From: Botryllus schlosseri
Lineage: Eukaryota
DNA length: 64,000 nucleotides
NCBI GenBank assembly: GCA_051294905.1
Contig: CM119372.1
Span: 4,466,001 to 4,530,000 of the forward strand
Direction of reading: 5' to 3'
This document shows, one piece after another, positions 13,611 to 24,400 of this stretch. Numbering within the stretch: position 1 is the stretch's first letter; every line of letters begins with the position of its first letter. A model generated the notes under the pieces. The model was given only the letters and a program-made list of their open reading frames with translations, ran no database searches and was not told the DNA's origin. Position numbers and translations under genes: made by a program.

Positions 13611-14873
13611 CAGGGGTTCTCAACCTGGGGGGCGCGGGAGGCTCTCGGGGGGGCGGGAGAAATTTTTGTATATGTATGTATAAATTGTGACTAAATATGT
13701 ATTTCACAAGCATTCTGAAGAGACGATTATTGAAGATTGAACTTAATTCGTATTCTAGAAAGCTTGCCAAACTCAAACTCCAGCAGTCGCGCTCAACGGA
13801 GTATAGGCTGACTTCAACTTCATTTGAGCAAATTTCTGATATTCTTTGAAGATTTAGAGAAATTCCTACGTGCAAGTCATTAATTACTTAATAGCTTCGG
13901 CAGTAGCCTAAATCTCTGTGCGCTAGGTGGCTGTTGTTGATAGCTGGCTAACTGCACTGCCTAAGACAGACTTAGATGCAATATAGGTTGCCCGGTTTCG
14001 CCCTCAATTTGGCTATAAATCAACACAATTTAATTCATTTCCAAAACTGATCAAATTTAGCATGGTAGGACAAAACGACGCCGTGCTCACTGTAGTCACT
14101 ACTATAGCATCAGGATTAGTCTCTGTGCAATATACCTTGAAATTAATTGATGTCCTTTTCAATGTTTCTTTGTTATTTTCAAACAAGTTTGGGAAAGTTT
14201 GACAGCAATGTAAAAGACTAAACAACTGGAATGCGGAACCAAAATTGGCGTAAGATATACTACATGTATACTATTAGATTAGGGGTGGGCAGCCCGTACG
14301 GCCGCATGTGGCCGTAGAAGGGGATCTGTGCGGCCGTCGACGCCTAATTCATTGTATGTGTTGGCGACCGTAAACATGCAAATTGCAATTACGAATTCAC
14401 TCCCGAATTTTCGAGAGATTTTATTTAATCTTGAAATTTTCTTCGCGCTCCGCGCAATTCAACAAGACTTCATTTTTCGATTTTAATGCAGTAGCGCCCT
14501 CCTTACTTGGAGCAGGACAATGTGCACTCCCAGCAACTATTCATAACATTGCCACTCGCGATTTCGGTGCGTACAATAGGCCGTTGTGAAAAGTAGAGTA
14601 GTCCGGAGTTAACCGGGAATGGATATGGACATTGGACAGTTTACCATAGGTATTTTGCATCCAGATCGTTCATTGCGGCTATGCCCGGGAATGCGGCCTT
14701 AGGCTACATAAGTAATCGAAATGCGGCCATGATTAGCAAGAAGGTTGCCCACCTCTGTATTAGATGATGTGCTCTTTTTGACATGACGATAAATGTGAGG
14801 GGGGTCAGGGGGGACGCGATTTTTTTGACCATTGCCAAGGGGGGCGTGTGTCAAAAAAGGTTGAGAACCGCTG
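13611..14873. mobile_element. hAT-type non-autonomous element
   Basis: CAGGGGTTCTCAACCT...AGGTTGAGAACCGCTG; TSD cgctagat/cgctagaa. Confidence 0.85.
14280..14757. mobile_element. hAT-type MITE nested in 13611-14873
   Basis: TAGGGGTGGGCAGCC...GGTTGCCCACCTCTG; perfect TSD TATTAGAT. Confidence 0.88.
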
Positions 14874-14959
14874 CGCTAGAAATAAGTAAAATCTTCGCAG
14901 TTAGTGCGATGGATATTTCGCGCGGTTCATATGGTGATTTCACTCATAAAAGTCTAAAA

Positions 14960-16779
14960 TAGGGGTTCCCAACCGGTGGGGAATTCCGCACTCGTGGGGA
15001 ATTCATGGTTTCTTGTGGGAATAGACGCAATTGTTAAACATTATATATAGGATAGTCAACATATTTACGGAGATACATGCGCGATTACCGTTACCAGTTA
15101 ACAGCTCAGGATTAGGAAGGTATGTATCGAAAATTATAAATTGAAAGTGTCCTCGGAGGACGCCCAAATGTCCTCTTTTTTGGTAATTTGTCCTCTTTTT
15201 CTCTGAAAAGGATTTAAATGCCACAAAAAATGCGACTCCGGCGCATCGAACGTCAGAGTTTCGTAAAAAATCAGGAACCGAGTCAAAATGACGACCTATT
15301 TTTTAGTCAACACAATACTATTGCCGAAAATTTTTCAAAATCATCAGTTTTCTTGTAGCTTCCAGAATTTACCAAGATTATCCTCTGTTTAGGATTTCAA
15401 AATATTGTAACCCTATTTTAAAGGATATGTAGGAGTTTTGGGCAGGGCCGTAACAGCACTTCGTCAGCCCCCCCCCCCCAAAAAAAAAACGTTGGTCTTG
15501 AGCCCCCCATAGGGTGATAAAATGAACTCCCTCAGGCTAGACGCTGTTTACTGCTATTTATCATCTACATCGAGTGTCCATTTAGTCAACTTTCTCGACT
15601 AATCAAGCGAAGCGCGAAAAATTTCTATAATTCATGATTCAATCGGTCAGTATAATCGGGAATTGCATATATATTGCTATCAATTTTTATCCTCTCTCTG
15701 CTCACGTAATCAGACTAGGCCGAGTGTGCAGTGTTTGAAAAGGTAGGACCACTCAATAATAATTGAACATCCTCCCGTTCGCAGGAACGAAACAGCACTT
15801 CGTCAGGCCCCCCAAAACAATTGGGTCTTGGGCTCCCGTACGGTGATAAACCGACCCCCCACCACGTTGTTCGCTTCTGCCACGAAATTAGTTGTACTGT
15901 TTAGTGAGCCAGCGCGAAGCGCGAAACTTTTCGATAATTCAAAATAAAATATGTCAATAAGATCGGGTATTGCATATATATTGCTATCAATTTCTTGTCC
16001 TCTCTGCTCACGTAATCAAATTTACCGGTAGAGCTGAGTGAGGTGTCTTGGAAACTGTAGGGCCCGTAAATAATAATTCAACATCTTCGGACTGGCGGAC
16101 CCGTTGGTATGATTACGTTACATGATGCTATTTCGTGACCTCCAGTATGCTATATCAAAAAATATAGAATCGCCCAAACGTACTAAACTAAAAGACGCAC
16201 ACGATTTCAAATTGGTATTTCTTCACTGGCATATAATTCTTCCCTGCGGGATGGTATTTGTCTCGTGAGGTTCAGATTGTCAAGACAGGAACATTCGGCG
16301 TCAGTCATTTATAGGCGCATATGGTCAATTATACCTATATGTATTTTGTATACATAACGAAGTTTTCGGTCAGCGTAAGGGCAGTCCTATTCGGCCTCGG
16401 TTTTCTCGTTGCCGATCGTTCTGGCACACTTCTTGGAGTCGCAAGTCGCATGTTACATGGCCTAAAACTTTATATGTCTTCATGCGTCGTGGCGCGGTAA
16501 TGGCCAACGCCGATATGCCCACTACTATAAATCTTGTGTATTTATCTTGGTGACAGAGTACCCAATATTGAAGATATTTGTAAACCTGGAATCGCGCTAA
16601 TTTACTCTATAACTTATGCCAATTCACGAAATAAATTTGGGCCTTCTTCGATCTCGCCCCCCCTCCAATTGGGGGGTTTGGGGTGCGGCAGTTATGGTCC
16701 TGGTTTTGGGTAGTGGGGAATGAAGACTCGGAATAAACCTGCAAGTGAGGAATGAAGACAAAAAGATTGGGAACCACTG
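14960..16779. mobile_element. Composite hAT-type element (host family X) with nested guests
   Basis: TAGGGGTTCCCAACC...GATTGGGAACCACTG, TSD gtctaaaa/gtctgaaa. Contains guest 15443-16702 (CAGGGCCGTAAC...GTTATGGTCCTG, TSD GTTTTGGG). Confidence 0.85.
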
Positions 16780-19091
16780 GTCTGAAAGGTATAAGGAGCT
16801 TTTCCTGAAAAATTATTTAATCAATTCGGAAGGATACAATGCGTACCACATACACCCTCGAAATCGTCGTCGTTTCAACAGTTATAGAACGTAGAGATCA
16901 TTAGTACGGAATGGATGTTCTGATGATGATGATCGCCGACCGTAAAAATGCTGCATAACAATGTAGTTCTGGGTAAAGATATTTTTGGTCTGTTAATGAC
17001 AGTGGTCGGATCTTTTTTCGTCGAAGAAGCCATATATTTACCCTATATTTTCAATTTTACTGATCATCCTTTGGCACGTCACACTTCGTTTCATTGTGGC
17101 TAAAAAAATCAAAAACACGTTTTACACAGGGGTCATGTTTTAAACATTTAACATTTTTGTTTTAATGCAACCCTATTCGTACCACGTACATTTTTTACAT
17201 TTTTCACAAATTCAAGTTAACATATCGGTGTACCAGTGTCGCTCGTGGGCAGTATATTTTCCTGAAAATAATGTCTGGGTTTTAAGCCATGGTAATTTGT
17301 ATGTGCACGTATAATTAAGCCATGGTGGAATCGTCTCGGTCAAAAAATTCTTGACCCGTGTTTGGTAACTGAGATGTTGTTTTGATAACGCACCATTTAT
17401 CCTACGGGAAAATTAAACGACCGCAAAGTTTAATATCGATGAGAATGCAGACAGGATATCGGATATTGATATGTTCATTAGAGGGTGAATCGAAACGCTT
17501 TCGTGAAAACAATGGCAGAGCACCATGCAACCGCACGTCCCATTCACTCACTGTGGCCAACAAAATCTTAACTCGTAATGAAAAAGAATGACTCTTAGTG
17601 TATCAATATCAATCAGAGGTTAATGCATATTAATCAAACTCGGCGGCGATGGATTTTACTTCTCTTATGATAACTTCGTTTAATAATAATCGATTGATTG
17701 ATCAGTAAGTATTTGGCGAAGAAAGGCGAAGCGACGGATTGATTTCGGCTATCGATGGCTCCGCATGTTATTACACAAACAACTGATATAAGGTGCTGAT
17801 TCGCGGAAAGAAATCCATTCCAACGAGCCATCCGGGAAAGAGTGACAGCGTTTTGAATAGCAGCGTTTACGTAGGTTAAGTAATTAATTTTGAGCATGCA
17901 AATTAGCAAGGTCTCTATAACTCTCGTCGATAGTACGCGGGATACAAATTTGTCTTGACTTCGTGTCATTTCGTTGGGCAACGTATATACCGTTGGAGTT
18001 CTGATATATTATTGCCGAATATTCAACGTTGGACTGCCTGTAACGATGCTAGTTTGGTGATAAATCATTATGCTCAATGCTCATGCAGTATATAAACGAT
18101 GGAACACATGCTCGACAGTAATTTTGGATTTCGTATAAAGATTAAGAGAGTACAATCCCGTTATGGGAATGCTTCTAACCACAGAGGTTCCCAGCGTGTT
18201 AGTAATTTCACAGTATTAAGGAGGAATTTGGCGACAGAGCAGCGGTGCCACAAGGCGCGCAATCGGGTGAAGTGACCCTTTCCGACAACAGCAGGTTCCC
18301 CGAGGTTCCCTTGGACAGGCAATAGGCATCATGCATATTATCTTAGTTGGAGTTTTGGCTTGACAAATCGAATTTCCCTTTCGTGTCTTCGCCGCATTCT
18401 GTTGTCGAGGTATTATCGTTATTCAGTGCAAGCTCGGAGCCAACTGTCCTATCGCGATGTTTTAACATTTTGTAGATCAAATTATGATGTATCTGGGGCG
18501 GATTTCCGGTCAGCAATGGCCGTATCATCAGGCCGCTCGGAAAACCTTCGGTCCCTTGAGCTATTTTGCACCAATCAAGATTTATCTTATTGAATTTCCG
18601 TTCTCGTTGTCATCTTGCGGCAACAAATAATGGGCAGTTGAAATCAAAGAATGGTGGTCAAAACTGTTACTGTTTCTGTACAATCCTGGTCTTTCGAAAC
18701 AACGCGGGCCTGTAAATTTATCCAAGTGTGCTCACACACATGTGAACAGAACCTTCCCAACGGCCACCTTATTTAACTTTTGACTTCCGACTAAACAATA
18801 ACCCAATGCAAACGGATCTATATTAATTAGTTAATATTGCTGAAATGAATATGGGGGATTTGGGTATGAAAATGCTATTTAATTAGTCTAACTATAATGG
18901 ACTCTTTCAGCATGCGAATGTCATATGTCATATTATATAGAAGGGTATTTGCCGTGGCAATACGTGTGTATGATGTATGTGTATAGTCGGCTGTAGAGGA
19001 ATTCAAGGAGTCGAATCAAACTATTTAAATGCTTTTTGTAACTCAGCAGATCTTTTTTAGATTATCAATACCTAACAAAATCTCGTCTAAT

Positions 19092-19658
19092 ATGACTTCT
19101 GAATCGAAGGTATGTACCAATTGAATGAGCCAGGATAAACCCGTAAACTTGTATTAGATTTCCTTACTGTGAGTATTGAAGGAGAATACATCTCCGACGT
19201 TCCGGCTCGTAGTCTCGCTGGCAAACATTTTCCCGGGATTGCCGTGGGTTGGCATTGCTCAAAATATGTTCTCTTCGATGTAATTTGTACCCCAGTTAAG
19301 TCGATCGCATTGAGCCTTTAAATGCGTAATTATCTCCATCAGATCGTTTTGTACGAAGACGAAGACTTTGGTGGAAAGTCCTTAGAGCTATCGGCAGCTA
19401 CGTCACGCTTAGATGCCTTTAACGACATTACTTCATCAGTTGTAGTGAAATCCGGCACGTGAGTAATGTGCATCCTGTACGGTGTTAATAGAGAAGGCAT
19501 GTATGTACTAAAAGTTTTTCCTCGCGTTAAGATGGTTGGTGTTTGACGGAGCTGAATTCGAAGGCAGTTGCTATACCTTGACTCCGGGACGGTATCCGAA
19601 TCCGGGATCGTGGGCGGGAAAAGACGACGATATATCATCGGTTAAACCTGCTAATTAA
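19092..19658 (+). CDS. Single-domain betagamma-crystallin (Ciona Ci-betagamma-crystallin-like), 86 aa
   Basis: Exons 19092-19109 (MTSESK|gtatgt), 19343-19458 and 19532-19658 give MTSESKIVLYEDEDFGGKSLELSAATSRLDAFNDITSSVVVKSGTWLVFDGAEFEGSCYTLTPGRYPNPGSWAGKDDDISSVKPAN*. Two Greek-key motifs (Y/FxxxxFxG...S) and two N/D-N/D-x-x-S-S signatures. AATAAA at 19898-19903. Not in the ORF track. Confidence 0.93.
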
Positions 19659-20059
19659 TAGCCGACTACCAGCTGCACGGTCTATTTTATTACAACGCCA
19701 CGAATATTTAACTATACCGATATAAATCCCGTAGTAAAGCATATAACAAATGCAGGTGTCTCGAGTTCAATGCGAAATTATAGCAGGTGTGCAAAACATG
19801 GAGGCGATTCACGCGATGCCAGATAAGATTACCAGATCGAGTTCAAGTGAGAATGCCGTTTTAGGCTACAGATGAGCAAGACGCTGGAATGTTAAGCAAT
19901 AAATTCAATCACCGCGTATTTATCCCTACTTCGTGATTAAATGCAAAGGGAATGCTATTGTATTTGGGACCATATTGTGTATATTATGTCTCAAAGGGTG
20001 CAGATAACCAGTGAACATCGGTGAAACCTTAATGATAGTACAACATACATGGATATAGT

Positions 20060-20613
20060 TAGGGTTGTGTTTAAAACAAAAAACAATATAAAACAAACCT
20101 GTTTAAAACAAGGCACTTGTTTAAAACATGTTTTTTATTGTTTTTTGTTTTGTTCATTTCTAAGTCAATACGTCACGCATATTCAATTGCGACGTCATAG
20201 TGTATTGATATTCACAATTGAAAATTTAGGGTAATTATAGCTCCTTTGGCGAAATAGGCTTCCAACCCCTGTCGCATACGGACCAAAAATATCTTTAACC
20301 AGGACTACATCGTCATGCAGCATTTTAAAGGTCGGCGGTCATCATCATCAGAACATTCATTCCGTACCAATGATATATATCTACGTACTATAGCTGGTGA
20401 ACCAACTATTTCGAGGGTTCCAACAAAGCCATATCTTATACGTCGGCTATATGGGGTGGTAATGGGCATCTGTATAGGCTCATACAACATGTTTTTGAAA
20501 AGCATTTACACAACTATGGCATAATTATACAACTTGAAACAAAAAACAACTGTCCTTTTAATATATCTTTGTTTAAAACATTTAAACAACCATTTGTTTC
20601 AAATGCAAACCTA
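20060..20613. mobile_element. MITE family with TTTAAAAC(A) subterminal repeats
   Basis: TAGGGTTGTGTTTAAAACAAA...AAATGCAAACCTA. Homologous copies at 40043-40448 and (reverse) about 16800-17175. Confidence 0.8.
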
Positions 20614-21127
20614 CTTATAGTTGACCCCAATCAAGTTTCTCAAAGTGATATTCATTGATGAAATATCAACCCTGCTTTTGACAACAACCTTGATAACCAA
20701 GACCGCAAACTGCGAAGCTGCTCACAAGTATACCATCAAATGCTTTCAGGCGTCAGAGCGGAAGGAGGGTTAGGTCGTGTCTGCTCTACATTGCATTGTC
20801 GGTACTATATCTCATCCGTGACTATGACATCACGTGAAAAGTATTCATGTAAATAGTTTGGTAAAGTAAATTTGGTGGAAGGTTTACTTACTTTTGACCG
20901 TTATAACGATTATAATATAATCGGTGGCGGCTACTTTAAACTGCAAGATGCGTCTATCAAACAATCACTAATGCCGCTACAATCTTCGAAAAAAAAATAT
21001 TCAGCCGTTACCCAGATATCTTTTAAACGGGTTTTGTATGCCTTTTCCAACTTATCCAAAAACTAAAATCCAAAGAAAATATGATACGATTGTTGATATG
21101 CAACGTTCTTTCCATTTCTGTACTGTT

Positions 21128-21171
21128 GTTGACGATTACTACTGACGAGTGTCAGCCGAAAATAATCGGGT
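21128..21171 (+). ncRNA. Minimal type I hammerhead-ribozyme-like motif (best-preserved core of a dispersed repeat family)
   Basis: GTTGACG-attacta-CTGACGA-G-tgtcagc-C-GAAA-ataa-TC-gggt: CUGANGA and GAAA cores, 1-bp stem II, NUH triplet AUC. Stem I is imperfect in this copy (acta/gggt; family consensus accc/gggt). Confidence 0.6.
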
Positions 21172-21400
21172 TTATTTCGATATGAATATAGTATTCAGTT
21201 GTATATATTGAAGTTCTGTACCTCCAAGAAGCTCTGCAAAGTAATTTCGTTTTATATCGTAGTGCAAGTAATAGGCTAAATTGCCAAGTAGGTACTTAAA
21301 ACAAAGTGGAAGTTATTTGTTAGTGAACACTTCTGAAAACAGTTATGTTCGCTATGTTCTCCGCAGTAACATCAGCTATAAGGCGCTGATGGTTGCCACT

Positions 21401-24400
21401 TCATCGATAGTACACGAACAGTACGACCATCGCTATTAGCATTAACACGCAGAACACGTTGACGATGATAGAAGGCACTTTCTTTTCCGTGATATCTGTT
21501 ATGACGGGCGCAGGTACGCTTCCAACTGCGGTTGTGTCCTTCAAACCGCAGAAAAGGTCGATACCCTTTTTGTAACATGGCTTGTCGACTTCTGGATGAA
21601 ATATATTTTGGTATCGACATTGGACAATGATCGCGGGAAGGAAATTGCGAGACGTTACCCTGTTCTGCCGGGACGGGTTTTACCCTCTCACTGTTCCCAG
21701 GAAGGTCTGTGGTATTTTGTTCTTCGTCGCTTGAAAGTGCTGGGTTTACCACGCCAGACATTTCCACCTGTTTAGCACGTTAAAGTAAATCGTATTTCAG
21801 CGGATGCGGCACATCAATATAATAGGACGCAGTATCTTTTCGTTCTGTTTCCACGGCATATACACCGACTCATAATACATATACAATACACGGTCTGTGC
21901 ATATGCAATTATGCATACTATGAGCATGGGGCATATACCGATGGACTTGGACAAGGAAGCTGCTTGTAGCTCGGCTAGATGTCACCAAAGAACATCACGA
22001 GAGGAAAACCTTACCAAAAACACAGTCCACAGCGAACATCATGCATGTTATATTGTATATTAACGCCTTTTTACGGGGTGCGAATCACGCTATATACCGA
22101 TACAAGAAGCTGAAATGCCTAGAAGGAACAATTTATCACATCTACATAAACCCCTTAAATCAGTGGTTCTCAACCAACCGGTCCGTGGCAAGTTCCCTGC
22201 CCGCCACCAAATATATTCTAATGTTATCTCCCAATTCCAAAATGCAAGAAGCTGGACGCTTTTTCTTTCATTTGAAAAATAAAACATCACATTTCAAATT
22301 GATTTATGGAAGTTTGGACAGTATTTTTCCGCATGGTGTTGTAATAGAGAGTATAGTCTACTGGGGTGAAATCACAATGTCATTCGAAATTGTTTAAAAG
22401 TAGCCTACAAATCTTTTTGGACGAGTTATATGTGAAAGATACGGAGACTGTTAAACAGACTTCGTTAAATCCGACCGTGCAATTAAGCGACAATTGGCCG
22501 TATACTAGAGGTTATAGCAAACAGCCAAGTCGCATTTCTGTCAGGGATCCATAACAACCACAATCAAGTTAGTGGTCTCAGGAGTTCACGAGCTTCGTCG
22601 TGCAGAGACTTCACTAGAATCATGCATAAATATCTAGTGTCAAACAGGCAGAATTAAATGAGCTTTCCAATACAACATTTGAGTTGCATACATTTGTCGC
22701 AATTAAATTTAGGGTTAATATTGATTTTTGAAGGCTCATCGCCCGCAACATGTGCTTTGCAGTTTTACCGCAGTCCGCGAGGTCAAAAAGGCTGAGAAAA
22801 ACTGCCTTGAACCGTAAAATCAACGATGGATATATTGCCAGAGTGATTAAATTCAAAACTGCATCATATGTTATCTTTTTTCATTATACCCAAGCACAGG
22901 GTGAGATAGTTTTTGGATTAATAAAATGTATTGAGACGGACCCTGAATAAATCCAATCGGATATAAAATGATACTTGCGGCCATAATAACTAGAATTCAC
23001 AGCTATTATCAAGTAAATTAGAATTACATTCTGAGCCAAAGTACATTCGAATTGTAATGATTGAATTCGCGAAGAGTTGGACAATGAATGTAGTTAGGCT
23101 CATATCAAATCAGATTTCAATCTAATAAGCATTTGAAGGGCAAATGTGTGTACAGCAAGTTTGACTCGTTTCGCGCTATACAGTAGCATTTTCAGGAAAA
23201 TCGGAAATTACATTAGAATTAAAATTAGAGCATAGAAACATTTCACAAATTAGATATGAATTAGATCACCGACATTTCGCTCTAATTAGTCAAATTAGAC
23301 AGCTAGAATTATCTGGTTGACCAAGTCTGATATTAATGCAATGCCTTACTTCAGCCCCCTTGGCAGTTTCCTTATAAATTGGTTTCCTTTCGGCTTTACT
23401 GTATCTCGTATACCATGTCAACCGGTACAGCTGTGATGCAGGCGTCGGATTCAGTCGTTTAATGCAGTCCATCTTTTAAACGGCTACTTACGTGTTCTGC
23501 CGGGATCGCGGGAGTTAAATATGAAACCACTACGGCGATGACGAGAGTGCAGCCGGCCAAAATGAGCGCGAAATGCAGATAGTGAACCTAGAAATGAAGA
23601 AACTGATTTAGGGGTATGGCGGCATCGCTGAATAATACCTTTCGCGGTAGAAGTATAGGTAACATGTATCACGCAGGCTCGGGAATAATGCAAATTTCAT
23701 GAATACTGCAGCTGCAAGCATACGAAGTTGAATTGACACTTTCTGGGAATGATTGATCGATGCAGTGATCAGTTTTGTAAGAAATGCCGCGTCGCATATG
23801 CAGTCACGATGTAACAGGTGTGAAATATCATGCAGAGTTGCAGACCTGTTCGCGACGGCACGAATTCCTTGTTTACATGTAATGTAATTGATTTAATACG
23901 GATTATTTGCATCTGACATTGCGCGACTGCCAAATGAAGGTTCAACAGCGGTTGTACGATACTATAATACTGACTTATTAAAGCTGGAAAGTTGGTTTTC
24001 TGTTGAAGACATCGGCGGAGGTTATACTATCACTTTGTAGACGGCAATATTAGACACTATGGGCATGGGTACCATATACCGAAAAGATACCGTAACGAGG
24101 CTGAGCGTCCGGCTTCTTGATTGCTAGTGGATCGGTTCAATCCCCACCCATTACTGAATTCACACTCTTTTCGCTAAGAGTTCATGAATAGGTCTTACCT
24201 TATAGAGAACAGCTGGTCGAAATTCTTCCTCTCCGCATAGCGGTGCTCCGTACGCAAAATCCATGATCATGCGGATCAATCCAATGACAAGTCCTATCAT
24301 TAGCGCCCAAAACGCTCCCTAAAATACCATTAATAGACACCACGCGCGTTAATATACCAGATAAACGTCATTAATTACTCACGGGCTCGTTGAGTCGCGG

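Noticed and set aside
21372..21767. 131-aa ORF as a separate gene or as the SGLT-A terminal exon
   Set aside because: Only the first 109 nt are coding. An intron (21658-21592) shifts to the frame encoding the conserved LFCG...TDITE...TM end shared with paralogue B.
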